Source of the DNA: Enoplolaimus lenunculus
Lineage: Eukaryota
Length of the DNA: 64,000 nt
Direction: 5' to 3'
Assembly: GCA_030248215.1 (NCBI GenBank)
Contig: JASANG010002574.1
Location: 186,001-250,000, forward strand
In this document: in pieces, positions 1 to 12,806 of the stretch
How positions within the stretch are numbered: position 1 is the first letter of the stretch
How the letters are laid out: every line of letters begins with the position of its first letter
Made by a program: the position numbers and the translations under genes
The notes under the pieces: generated by a model
What the model was told of the DNA's origin: nothing
Database searches by the model: none
The model's input: only the letters and a program-made list of their open reading frames with translations

Positions 1-69
1 TACAATACTCACGGACACCGGCCAATGTTAAAACTGTGGCCAAAGTAAAGAACATGGGCGGAAGCCTAA

Positions 70-388
70 TGCGGGGTTCACGTTATAACCGAGGCAGGCG
101 GAACACGGTTTGTCCCATGTTGATTCGTCGTCAATGTTAAAATTCGGGCTCTTATGTCGGGTCAACAGACAAAACTCGAATGTCATATGACATTTACTTA
201 CAAACCACCGCTCTCAAACGATCAATGTATACAAGCGACGGTATGTCACGAGATACTGTGGGACATTTATGCGAATATCATATGATATTCCAAAATTTCA
301 ACGAATATCATATGATATTCAGCCGAACGAACCCTTGGCACAAAAAAAAAAAAAAAACCCCCCTTCCAAAATTTCAACGAATATCATG
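70..388. mobile_element. Truncated PIF/Harbinger-like MITE (left end only), nested in a TTAGGC-bearing MITE
   Basis: Begins TAA|TGCGGGGTTCACGTTATAA, the same TIR as the 1019-1843 element, and has internal ATATCATATGATAT motifs. No right TIR. The host sequence CATGGGCGGAAGCCTAA is repeated on both sides (53-69, 386-402). Confidence 0.7.
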
Positions 389-758
389 GGCGGAAGCCTA
401 AGCCTAAAAGCTTAAGCGTAAGAATGACCATATTCCTACGCCTAAGCCTAAGCCTAAGCCTAAGCCAATCGAAAAAATAGTCTAAAGATTAATCTTACCC
501 TATTGCAGTCGCACAGAAAAACTTTCGCCCCTGATCTTTACATGGGCCATAACTTTCATTGTCCATTACTGTAGATTAAGCATATTTCTAAGCCGTAAAT
601 CCTTTTGCATAAGCGTTGAAAAAAGTGTAAATTAGAAGCCTTGTATTTTGTTTTACAGCAAGCGCTACTTTGAAACAAATGTCTGCAACCATCTATAATT
701 GCGTTTAATAGGGTATCATAAGTCTATTATGGCAAACAATAAATCATTTTTTAAACTA

Positions 759-874
759 AGGGATGCGCAATACTTTTGTTGACGAGCGGCGTCGTAAGGG
801 TGACAGACGGCGATGGACGGTACCGTGCAGGTGACGGACGGCGCTGCTCGTCAACAAAAGTATAGTGCAACCCT
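759..874. mobile_element. Short palindromic MITE (GGGTGGCGCTATACTTTTG-type TIR family)
   Basis: AGGGATGCGCAATACTTTTGTTGACGAGC ... GCTCGTCAACAAAAGTATAGTGCAACCCT inverted ends. Related copies at about 30600-30866, 50088-50280 and 63020-63225. Confidence 0.65.
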
Positions 875-1018
875 TACACTCAAATATTTGTTTTCCGTTT
901 TAATATTAACTAGTAATCCGTAGTTGCACACATGTGCAGCTTGCCTATTATACTGTGTTTTGGCCTATGTTCAAGAGTATTTGTTTTTAAGCAAGTCTTG
1001 CCTAAGATTTGAAGCTTA

Positions 1019-1843
1019 TGCGGGGTTCACGTTATAAATGGTGCAGCTGGGCCACGTTTTGTCACGTTGTATATATTGGGTAACATTTTGTCTGCGATGT
1101 AACCCAATATGATATTCAAAAAACAGTGGTTGTCTGCTAACATCACGTATCGGTCACGTATTCCCTACGTTGTCTGTCAATATCATATGATCATTTTGAA
1201 AATGTCTACTGATTCAGTTGCATAACTAGGTTTGGAATATCATATGATACTAATCGACATGTGCTTGGTGGGAAACTCAAATTTTGGCGGGAAATTCAAA
1301 TTTTGGCGGGAAATTCAAATGTTGGCGGGAAATTTAAATTTTAGCGGCAAATTCAAATTTACACGGGAAAATTCAAAATTTGGCGGGAAATTCACATTTT
1401 GGCGGGAAATTCAAATTTTGGCGGAAATTCAAATTTTGGCGGGAAAATTCAAATTTTGGTTGAAAATTCAAATTTTGGCGGGAAATTCAAATTCAGGTGG
1501 GAAAATTCAAATTTTGGCGGGAAAATCAAATCTTTTGGGAAATACAAATTTCGGCGGGAAATTAAAAATTTGGCGGGAAAATTCAAATTTTGGCAGGAAA
1601 ATTCGAATTTGGGAGGGAATATTCAAAATTTTAGCAGATTGTATACGTCTTAAACTACATAATGGAATATCATATGATACTCCAAATCCGTCTTTGAATA
1701 TCATATCATAAATGAGCAATATCATATGATATTCGACTTTTGTCTGTCCGTATCATATGATGGTAACAAAAATTTATGTTGATGTCGAATCAACATGTGG
1801 CAAAACGTGACCCGACTGCCCCAGTTATAACGTGAACCCCGCA
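1019..1843. mobile_element. PIF/Harbinger-like non-autonomous DNA transposon with internal minisatellite
   Basis: Perfect 19-bp TIR TGCGGGGTTCACGTTATAA and TTA TSD (1016-1018, 1844-1846). A 3-bp TWA TSD is characteristic of PIF/Harbinger. Confidence 0.85.
1266..1635. repeat. Minisatellite of about 19-20 bp (GGCGGGAAATTCAAATTTT)n, roughly 18-19 units
   Basis: Tandem repeat visible directly. It produces the spurious ORFs 1232-1711, 1399-1653 and 1507-1725. Confidence 0.9.
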
Positions 1844-2856
1844 TTATTTGACACCTCAAACCACCAATTTATCATTTTAATGTATACGGGGTCCTTGGCT
1901 CGGTGCTGCATCCATTCCTAATAAAGGAAGGATTTAACCCGGATTCACTTCTGTAGTGGAAAATACAGTTCGCAACTTGAGCATAGCTATAGACAACATA
2001 TAAATATCCTATTAATACACCAAACAGCATTGGTCTAATAGAATAAAACACAAATGTCTAAAAAATAATATTTAATAAAAACATTAAAATCACAGTTTTA
2101 TGTCTATTATGCAAACTTCTACAAATTTGCATATTGTGGCTTCGCTGGAACGTTGCCCAAAATACATATGTGGGCGTTCCAGCTTTAATATATAGAGATT
2201 GATCTATTTTGTTTATTTTAACTGAATTTTCGATCAACAGATATGTCAAACCTAATAATATACCAATGCCAGTATACATCAAAATTTAAAAAATTACTTG
2301 ACTCGTCATTTTATATATAAATGCCCAAATTTGCGGCAATTTTATGCTTCAAGTCTAGTAAACAGCCAAAAATTATTATACTTTTATCCTTGAAATAAAA
2401 AAACCTTGTCTCCGTATCTCCCACGGGAATACAGGGCAGGACCTTTTGGAAGGTGTTTTTTCTTAAAGACTATGAAAAACAACCATTTTTAGCCACGTGC
2501 CTATAGAACGAATATATGTGTATTTTCTAAATCTCTATGCCGTTTTAGGCTTTTCGGAATCTTCGAAACGTATCCCCTGGTCCTTGAAGAAACGCCTCTG
2601 CCGTATTAATGTTAAAAATGGTAAACAAAAATTTTTAAACACAGTTTCAATTTTTGTAGTGTTTTTATGTTTGTTGCTAAAAAATTTAGACAAAAATATA
2701 CAAAAAATACGTGTTTTTCATCGCTGTAAATTCTAGAAATACATTTTGCCAGACTTACAGTAATAACTCTTTAATAGAAAATACATAAATCAACATCTAA
2801 GGAATCGCATTCGCAACGACAGCACTTATCACCATAGTTGTCTAGTTGATGCTCAG

Positions 2857-3208
2857 CAGGGTGGTAACCGGATATCCGGTCTCCGGTAAAAATCGGTGTC
2901 CGTTTTTGTTTCCGTTATAGAGAATACCGGAAATTCGGTTGGTTTTACGCACAAAATTAGTTATAAACAACGTATGTATATTTTGCAATTTTTCATATGC
3001 TGCAAGTGATTGAAATGAAATAAAAATTACGAAATTCATCCGAAATCTAATCGATGTATCCGCTGCTTGCTCAGTGAACATTAGAGAGTCCGATAAAGAT
3101 TTGTCCGGATCAATTGTGTTGGCAGAAAAATAAAACATCATTGAAACTTTTACACTTCAATATCTGTTTTCCGTTTCCGTTCTTTTTAATATTCCTGTAC
3201 ATCCTAAC
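2857..3208. mobile_element. hAT-like MITE (CAGGGTG end, CCGG/AACGG subterminal motifs)
   Basis: CAGGGTGGTAACCGG terminus. An inverted homologous copy at about 52130-52518 is flanked by the 8-bp duplication ATTACAAC, and there is a related element at 23752-24153. Confidence 0.5.
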
Positions 3209-4606
3209 GTTTAGTCAGAAAAGTGTACGACGACAGCTGTGGATTTGATATATCCAGTTCCAATATGCTAATTTCACTGAGCTTAGAATTGAAAATAAAG
3301 TTTAAAAACTGCGTTTACCTTTTTAAAAGCCTTCATTGTACGCAGTTTGATGCAGAATATTTAATCTAAGAGATTATATACCATGCTAAGTAAGTAAAAC
3401 CAGAGGTCCGGCTCCGATTCCGGCTCCGGCTGGCACCAAATTGACCTCCATATCCGGCTCCGGTAGATTTTTTGCGCAGTTTCCGGTACTCCGTATTAAA
3501 GTTGTTTTAAATATATCTCTATAACAGTTGCAGGTCCTCAACGAACGTGTTTATAAAATTTGAGACAATTTTAAAGGTTTCGTTTACGGAAAAATTTCAA
3601 AATGAAAATTACAGATTATTGCTATTGCTTATTAATTATAGTTTACTTCAACACTGCAAAAAATGGAGATTCAAATTGACTCTCTCCGAAATACGCTTTT
3701 CGGGACTACAAAAACTGAGTCAAATACAACTCCGACTCAATAAGTCGAATGTGACTGTGGTGAAGTTGAATTTTGACTCAATTTGTGTAGTCTCGAAAAG
3801 CCTATTTCAGAGAGAGTCAATTTGAATGACCAATTTTTGCAATGAAGCTTTGTTTCGACTCTGCCTCTAGCAAAATTTGTTGCGTTCCGGCTCAAGCGTT
3901 GACTCGGGTTTATTTCAGCCTCCGGTTGCACCCTGCAAGTTTCAGATGTCATTTACACACCATTTTTGTCCAGAACCAAAACAGGTTTCATGAATTGCCG
4001 TTTTTAATTTTTCATATTTGATTCAAAACGTAATGTTTCTGGTTCAAAACCGGCTATACCATTGCATTTTCAGCGTTATCTTGTCTATTTTTTCAGTCTT
4101 AATGATTTTTTCTAGCCAAACATTCCAAATTGCTGGTATATTTCGTAGCCATGCCCAGGGTACACAAGGGTCACAATTCTCACAAACCTCACAAATTTTG
4201 GTTTGCAAGTTCTTAAAAAAAGTTTATCTGCTGGCAACGCAACAAGCATTCTGACTGATTTCGAATTTGTCCTCGTCGCAAATTTTTCGCTCACTGCACA
4301 TTTCAGTGAGTTAATTTAACTCAGAATGAGTTGAATCACTCAGTCTGAGTTATGACTTTCAGAACTCAGAATTTTGAGTTGATTCAGTTCATTCCGAGTT
4401 AATCAACCCTCCCAGAGTCAACTCAAGTCAGAGTGAGTTAAAGTTTGCTGTTATTAACTCAGAAATAACCAACTCGCTAGCTGAATTGATTAATCAACTC
4501 ATTGGAATTTACAATACTGTACACCTGTAGACGGCCGATTATTTTTATGAAACATTAATAACGTCACCATTGAACAGCACTTCTTTATTCAATACTTAGA
4601 AATCAA

Positions 4607-4793
4607 GACCAATGTATAGAACAGGGCCATAATAATAGTCAAAGCGTATTCCTAAGCCTAAAGCCTTTTAGCCTCAGTGTAAAAATGAGCTTATACCTAA
4701 GCCTAAGCCTAAGCATAAAATTAGCCTAAAACGTTAGCTTACTCTATTGCAGTCTCGCAGAAAAACGTTCCGGTGTCGTTGTTTACATTGGCC
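4607..4793. mobile_element. TTAGGC-repeat-bearing MITE (family A; GGCC ends, 8-bp TSD)
   Basis: GACCAATGTA ... TACATTGGCC termini, perfect TSD GAAATCAA (4599-4606, 4794-4801), internal GCCTAA tracts. Confidence 0.9.
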
Positions 4794-4915
4794 GAAATCA
4801 ACAAAAAAACGCAATATTTATGTTTTAGTTTTAATATATTAATATTCTAAACCGTAGAAATTTATACTTCGCAACTTGTGTTTCCGGAAGTAAAACCGCA
4901 AATTTGCCATTCAAA

Positions 4916-5623
4916 ATGCTATACGGTACCGGATATTTGAAATTACTAATTATTTTAGCGGTTTCTACCGGATATAGTTTAATCAATGCTCAAAAACTCA
5001 ACACCGATAATTCAACTGAAAAATTTCAACCGAAATCTGACCAATCAACTGAGTGCATGCTGCCATGTTTTCGTCGAATAGATTATATCGGCGGAACTCG
5101 CAGTTATCCACTTTATAATTTAAATTTAACTCAAATTTGCACCGATGTAAGCAACATTCAAGCGTGTTTTCACAGTTGTCAACGCGGATTTGATGTTTAC
5201 CGACAAATACGTGAATTTTTACCAAATGCTTTTCAACTGATCAATGATACTTGCTCAAGTTTCAATTTAAACGCTGAAACTATTAACGAAACGAAGCAAA
5301 CATTTGACACTTTTGAGTTGAGTTATGGCGAAATTATTAATCAGTCAGCGTTGATTTCGGCTATCACTGAAGTGAAAAAGGGACCACGAAAGCTTATGCA
5401 ATGCTTTGGACCGTGTGCAGAAAAGTTAAGTCTGCTGCGACGGTATGGAGTTGTTGCAAGTCAATCAGTTCAAATTTGTCATATTTATAGTGATTTTTTA
5501 AGCTGTATACAGCTGTGTCCGTTGGGACAATTTTCGCTCAACAGAGCGAAGCAACAGAAAAATGACGGAAACGTTATTGTGAAATTAGACAAAATGTGCG
5601 GATACGGAAGTACTAAAACTTAA
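4916..5623 (+). CDS. Secreted cysteine-rich protein, 235 aa, two CPG4-like (C-x3-C...C-x8-C-x3-C...C) domains
   Basis: Single-exon ORF. The first ATG is at 4916 (the track starts at an upstream TTG). Hydrophobic N-terminus YLKLLIILAVSTGYSLINA, two six-Cys units, and the same domain pattern as 12807-13982. Confidence 0.8.
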   Translation: MLYGTGYLKLLIILAVSTGYSLINAQKLNTDNSTEKFQPKSDQSTECMLPCFRRIDYIGGTRSYPLYNLNLTQICTDVSNIQACFHSCQRGFDVYRQIREFLPNAFQLINDTCSSFNLNAETINETKQTFDTFELSYGEIINQSALISAITEVKKGPRKLMQCFGPCAEKLSLLRRYGVVASQSVQICHIYSDFLSCIQLCPLGQFSLNRAKQQKNDGNVIVKLDKMCGYGSTKT

Positions 5624-5654
5624 CAAGATCCTGTGTATTTTGGATGTCGTGTTA

Positions 5655-5853
5655 GGCCAATGTTAGTTTTAGGGTCGTAACAGTAGATTAAGCGTATTCC
5701 TAAGCCTATGCCTAAGTCTAAGCGTTGCAAAAAAGTGTTCCCAAGCTTAAGCCTAAGCCTAAGCCTAAAAGCAAAAAAATGTAATCTGGAATCTGATCCC
5801 ACTCTTTTATAGATCCACCAGAAACCTTTACGCCCCTTAAAGTAACATGGGCC
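5655..5853. mobile_element. TTAGGC-repeat-bearing MITE (family A)
   Basis: GGCCAATGTTA ... TAACATGGGCC with perfect TSD TCGTGTTA. Starts 31 bp after the stop codon of the 4916 gene. Confidence 0.9.
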
Positions 5854-8800
5854 TCGTGTTAAATATGAACATCGCCAGTTTGCTCTAGACTGAGGTCCAT
5901 GTAGATATCAGGGGCGGAACGTTTTTCTGTGAGACTGCTATAGAGTGACGTTAAAGTTATACACTAATTTTGTGCTTAGGCTGAAGTTAAGGCTTTAGAC
6001 TTATGTATAAGTTCATTGTTTCGCCAATGATTTAAGGCTTAGGATTGTGCTTATTTCGATACATGGCCCCTAAACTGGCAACTACAGAGTAGTAGTACTA
6101 CTATCTACTACTGTCCGAAACAAGCACTACTACTGTCCGAAACAAGCAATCAGTAGAACAGAATGAAACTTTCAGCTATTGAAATTGAACTTGCACTTGA
6201 TATCAATTAATTTTGGCTATTATTAATATTAAATAAATTTTTTCGACTGGTGTTATTTGATTTTTTTTATTCTGAATTCTTTTAAATGATCAATTTTTCT
6301 GGTTTTTAATTCATATAAGTTTGGCAATTTGCTGTGTTTATTTTCTTAAAAAACAAAACAGGAGTGTTGAAATTTCAAGACAATATATTTTGAGTGTACA
6401 CTACAGCATTTTGTTTAGTGTAAATTTTGTGAATCTGAATTGACAAAAAGTCATATGTCCTGAAAATCAGAAAAATGGTGCCTCATACTTGAGACATTTT
6501 GTCTTAAACGTTTTAAAACAATCTGTTCAATTTCAATTTTTCATATGACAAAAAATTAAAACATATTTTTGAACAATTTCAAGAATTTAAGTCTGGAAAT
6601 CAAAGCATATAGGCTAACGATATGCTCATAGTCTGTGACCAGATAGACATTAAACAAAAATTTATTAGTTTAATGTCTTAATTTTTTTAGAGTTTAATGT
6701 CTTTATTTTAAGACTTATATGCACATAAATGTTTAAAAATTCACACTTTATTGATTCGAATTTAAGACAATTGCCTAGTTATGCTTACGGTTTGGTCATG
6801 TAGCTTCATAAATTTATATCTTTCCAAGTTTTCGCAAAACAAGTAATGAAGCAAGAACGCTGTAAATTTCAATGAGTTGATTAATCAGCTCAGCTAGCGA
6901 GTTGGTTACTTCTGAATTAATGTCAGTAAACATTAACTCACACTGAGTTGAGACGATTCTCACTCCGAGTTGAGTTGACTCTGAGTGAGTTGATCAATTA
7001 AGTCAGAATGAATTGAATCAACTCAACATTCCGAGTTGTGATAGTCGTAACTCAGACTGAGTGATTCAACTCATTAAAAGTTAAAATCAACTGTCACTGA
7101 AATTTACTGTGAATAGTGTAACATTTCAACTCAGCTTGCAAATATTCTATTAACCAGTTTACTCCTGCACAAAACGCTTTCACCATTTCGTCCAAGCTGC
7201 ATCATTTATGAATGATTCAAGCCTCACTGTGGTGTAAGTATTTTAGCCATATGAGTATCATGGTGATAGGTACTTATTAGCAGCAACAGACTTAAACACA
7301 ACAAGCCAGTTACCCGCGACGTCAATTACCTTTATAGCTCACCATAAAGAGCAAACAACCATTTAAACACGACATCGCTGAGAGGTGGGATCGTGAAAAA
7401 TTCAAAATTTTGCCACAGTTGGCAAAATTCATGCGTTATAAAATTTGCAGCGAGACCGATCAAGTACAAATTGAAAAACAATGCGTCTATTTACACTCTA
7501 AATTCCAGCGAATTAATTAATCAACTCAGACGGAAAGTTGTTTTTTTTTCTGAGTTAATAACAGTAAACTTTAACTTACTCTGAGTTGAGTTGATTGTCT
7601 ATAAGTCAAGTTGACTCTGTGTGAGTTGATGAATTAGATTAGAATGAGTTGAATAAATTCACAATTGTGAGTTCTATTTGTCCTAATTCAGACTAAGCGA
7701 TTCAACTCATTCTGAGTTAAAATCAACTCACTGGAAGTGTAGTATTTAGAACTCATTGTCCGTTCGATGCAATTAAATAGTTTAATCTTCAAAGTGAATA
7801 TAAGATCGGGCCAATGTTTAGAACAGGGCCGGCCGTAACAGATCTATAAACACATTTTAAGCCTAAGCCTGAGCCGTAACAATGAGTTGATACCCTTAGC
7901 CTAAGCATGAGGATGAACTGATACGTAGTTCTATTATTAATGCGTCATAGTTTTTGGACGCTGCGTTTTTGATGGTAACAAATTTTAAACAATTACCCAA
8001 AACATTGTGATTAGCACTATTTTTACGTACTTTTTTGGCCAAAAACAAAGTAAATAACGTCGACAAATATTACAAAACACAGCCTTTATAAGCGTAGGAG
8101 GGACCTTGAATGTTATACTTAAAAAATACAGCCGACATTTTGCTGTAAATTTTTAACTTTTAAAATTTCACAAAACCCATGCGATATTTTGAAGTTTGTT
8201 TGCGACCAAAATAGCAGATTTAGTTTATTGGCTTCTCTCAAAATCTTATATATAAACAACTTGGAAGGTTTAAAAATATTAATGCTATTGTGAATTTTCC
8301 AGAAACGGTTTACAAAATGGTGGGCCAATGGCATACGTATAATTGACGCCGGCGGTTCCGAAAAAGTTTATTTTAATAAAAATATACTTTAAGCTGATAC
8401 AACCTGTTTTACACATTATGAAATCGCCACAGCGACTTATATACAAGCTAAAACCATGGTTTACACTAACGCAGAAAATTGCTCTTGCACAATAAGTTGC
8501 ACATGTTTTACTGTGCAAAATTGCAGTTAATATAGCATATTTGTGCAAAATAACAATTTATAAGTTTAACCAGTATTAATAGTTTGGGTTGATGCGCAGT
8601 TTGGTAAACGAAATTTTGTGTCGGTTCAATATTTAGACTATTCTTTCGCAGTCGAAAATATATAGCAATTTTGAGTAAATTTGACATCTGGCAGGATATG
8701 ATGGGGTGAATCATACTGTTAGCTTTTGGTCACAAGACCAAAATTATCTTTTGGATGCACGTTCGTATTTCGACAATTATATATATTTATTTATTTATTT

Positions 8801-9884
8801 ATTTATTTATTTGAATTTACAGCAAAATGTTAAATATGTTAAAAATAATTAATATTGCTACGGTTGTAAACAATTATGAAATAACATTTCGGTTATTTTC
8901 AGTAAATATACCTTTAAAATAACCAATTAGCATGCGGAAGAGAGTAAAGTTAGAAGTCGCGTTATTGCGCAATTTTTAGTGACGATATTTTAAATTTTGT
9001 AATAATTTCGTAAAAACATAAAAGTTGTTTACGTCAACGCGCTGCTTCGGCTTAATATTTAAACGCGAAGAAAGTGCAACAAAAATTTCTCAATTTAAAA
9101 TTTCAGTTTTAGTTTGGTGGAGTATATTTTTGACTTTAAGTATTTTTTATAGTAATAGCTGGGTTATTTTGACGATTTTCAATTTTGTGACGCTTTAAAA
9201 TCGTTCGATATTAGGACCTTGTAAAGATCATCGACGGAACGTTTTTCTGTGGAACTGCAATAGAGCAAGTTTAGGCATTTGACTAGTTTTTGTTGCTTGG
9301 ACTTAGTTTTTTGTAGAATACCAAATAGACAAAGATTAAGCGTTAGACTATTTTCTGCTTAGGCTTAGCTATAATCTCGTTGTTAAGCCTAGGTTTAGGG
9401 TTAGGCTTAGGAAGATGCTAACGCTACTGTTACGGCCCTGTTATATAGCTTGGCCGACGTTGACATTATGTACCAGGCTTAAAAAAGACCAAAATAAAAA
9501 GTTTAGTCGAAGACTTGCGCTTGCTTCAAATCTTTGTTTCGGATTGTATTTCTGAATAAGTAAAAATCAAATTTATCCAAAAACAATAATAAGTCATTGA
9601 TCGCTTTTTACTTTAATAATACTCTTATCTTAGCATATTTCGGCGTATTTACATGGTAAGTAAAATGTACGTTTTTTCCAAAATTTTTTGACCAAATTGT
9701 TCTTGTATCCAATCAAAATACATTCAGTTGAAACCTAAACCAGCTAGAAATTGCTTTCTGAACTATATTATTAACCTGCCGCGCCCGTCTAATAAAATTG
9801 CGAACGTGCAAAACATGGTATCTGAATCATGATTCTTGAATCACCTAAAAACGTTTCAAGCACAGTAGCCAGGCGAACCTGTTA

Positions 9885-10136
9885 CACTGTAAATTTCAGT
9901 GAGTTGATTTTAACTCAGAATGAGCTGATTCACTCAGTCTTAGTTAGGACTATGAGAACTCAGAATTTTGAATTGATTCAATTCATTCTGAGTTAATTAA
10001 CCAACCCACCCAGAGTTAACTCAACTCTGATTGAGAATCACATCAACTCAGAGTGAGTTAACGTTTACGGGCATTAATTCAGAAATAACCAACTCGCTAG
10101 CTGAATTGATTAATCCACTCATTTGAATTTACAGTG
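9885..10136. mobile_element. CACTG-ended palindromic MITE (family B; CMC/CACTA-like, 2-bp TSD)
   Basis: TA|CACTGTAAATTTC ... GAATTTACAGTG|TA, rich in GAGTT/AACTC. About 20 full or partial copies in the window. Confidence 0.85.
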
Positions 10137-10461
10137 TAGGGTGTAAAAACTGCCTAATTTACGAACTAAGAAGCGTAAATACACATTCCAAGCCACACAT
10201 AAACCTGAAATCTTTCATCAGATTATACGTCAATTTTAGAATTTTGACAAACTTTTTTGCTTGCTTCGCTCGCGATTTTTTGTTCAAAAGTCAACCTTAG
10301 AATTTTTCCAATTAAAATATTCTGGCAACGCCTGTGTATCATTTATTGTGCGTGGCGTAGGTATTAACACGAGTCGTTGCGAACCTTTGGTTAATAGTAT
10401 ACCAGTGCAGACATTGGGTGCCGGCAGAAATGTGCCAACTGTGGCAGCTGTCGTCTTTCTA

Positions 10462-10713
10462 CACGGCAAATTTCAATGAATTGATTTTAACTCAGAAGGA
10501 GTTAAATCACTCAGTCTGAGCTACGACTATCAGAACTCATAATTCCGAGTTGATTTAACTCATTCTGATTTAATTCATCAACTCCACCGAAATCAACTCA
10601 ACTCAGATTGAGAATTAGCGCAACTCAGAGTGAGTTAAACATGACATTTCTTAACTCAAAAATAACTAACTATTCGTCTGAGTTTATTAATTAACTCATT
10701 GAAATTTACAGTG
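10462..10713. mobile_element. Family B MITE
   Basis: TA|CACGGCAAATTTC ... AAATTTACAGTG|TA. Confidence 0.85.
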
Positions 10714-11011
10714 TAGGTTCTATAAAATGAAGTTCGGATCAAGTGAATTTTAAATCTGCTAACCGCATTATTGTAGTATCAAGAGCAGGTTTATAAGTCT
10801 AGCGTTTGATAGAACGCAATACGATTCATGCAACTGGTCGTGATTTTCAGAAAACTATCATGTCTTAAAAATATGGATCATATTAGGTCTGTTAAACGAG
10901 GTTCCCAAGTCTCTAGACTAGGCTCCGTCGGTTGTGCTAATTTGTAGAACAGGGCAGTAACAGTAGTGGAAATCATATTTTAAGCCAAAGTGTAAGAATC
11001 AGCTAAGACTA

Positions 11012-11263
11012 CACTGTAAGTTTCAGTGAGTTGATTTTAACTCAGAATGAGTTGAATCACTCAGTCTGAGTTAGGACTATCAGAATTCAGAATTTTGAGT
11101 TGATTCAATTCATTCTGAGTTAATTAAACAACTCATCCATAGTCAACTCAACTCACAGTGAGAATCAAATCAACTCAGAGTGAGTTAATGTTTACTGATA
11201 TTAATTCAGAAATAACCAACTCGCTAGCTGAATTGATTAATCAACTCATTGGAATTTACAGTG
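11012..11263. mobile_element. Family B MITE nested in a family A MITE (about 10940-11357)
   Basis: TA TSD within a degenerate GCCTAA tract, with family A sequence resuming on both sides. Confidence 0.85.
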
Positions 11264-12806
11264 TAAGCGTAAGTCTAAGCGAAAAAATAGTCTAACGCTT
11301 AATTACTCGATTTCAGTCGCACAGAAAAACGTTCCGCTCGCGATCTTTACATGGGCTGCTCCCAAGCCTGCAGTTCGGACACTTGTTGGATATTTTCAAA
11401 GCGTCTTACCTAAATTTTAAAATTTTTACGCAGGGATCTTAATTTAATTCGAATATCAAACGTGTTTAATATTTCCCAGTCAAAGGCTATGGCGACTGCG
11501 CTACACTCAAAATAATATTACAGATATTTAAGAAAAAATTTCTTACAGTTAAGAAATATAATTGGCAACGTGCACATGAAAAGTATTCCTGTTATAACAG
11601 AAAAGTTTTCAAAAAAGTTTTGAAATATAAATCTGAAAATCAACGTTTTCCTGTTAGTTTTAGAAAAATTGTCTTAAATATCTGAGAAACTTTTCAACTT
11701 TGCCACAGAAAATCCTTTTCTGAATAAATTCAGAAATACTTTTTTTGTGCGTTGTTTTACATCTATTGAGCACTAAATTGAAATTGTGTCTTCTTCACGT
11801 GTGAATGTTTCTTGCAACTGAAAATAGCAGCTGCGAATTGTTCATAATGAATATACGTAAGGAATTAATTCATATATTAGCCTTACAAGTCGCCGTAATT
11901 CATCATCATTTGCTGAGCCGATTAATATACAGCTTATGCTTCATTTGATATTTATTGCAGTCGTCTACAAATTATTCATACAAATTCATGCAAACATTCA
12001 GAATAAAATAATGGTGTTTTGTTTTGCTTGCAAATACTTGCAGTTTCAAGTAACTCGTGCCAGTTGCAGCTGCTTCCAGCTTTTACTATAAAAATTTCCA
12101 CGTAGGGCTTATGGATTTTCTCATATACCGTATAATTCAGGGTGCGACCGGATACCAAAAACTGACGGTACTGGCCGAGCACACGAATTATGGGTTTTTT
12201 CGTAAGTTAATAGCCTATCACTCAAAAATTACCACAAACACATACATTTATTAATTATATATTTCCACAAATAACTGAAATTCAATCAAAAAAAACAAAA
12301 ATAAAGTATCTAAGTAGCATTCAGAAGTCAGAACGTAACTGACAATTCTTCCTTCCGTGGCCTATATTGAAAGTGTTTTCGAGATAAAGCTTAACACTTT
12401 AACAATGAACCTATTCCATTATTCTGTTTATGTAACGTTGCGTTCAGTTGCAATATTTGTTTGGCCCGTCTTACTTTTCCGGTCGGGCATCCAGTTTTTG
12501 TAAGATACTATAAAATAAATGTGTATGTAGCTTAAGATTTAAGGCTATTGTTTCGCGTAAGCTTAGTTTTGACTTATCTTCACGTTAACTGCAACATAAA
12601 GTACAAAGTGGCCGGCATGCAACCAGAGGCCTAACCAGAATTTTGAAATGGGAGCTATCGTTCAGAGCAAAAATTTCCAAATGGGAAGTTACACTTGTTC
12701 TCAACTGACTGGACGAACACATCTTTCCGCGCCGTTTATGTAGGATGTTGTTGTTGATATTGTTGTTTCAGTCAAATATAAACAAAAATTTACAATTTGT
12801 TCCACC

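Noticed and set aside
1232..1725. 159-aa and overlapping repetitive ORFs
   Set aside because: Products of the 19-20-bp minisatellite inside a transposon.
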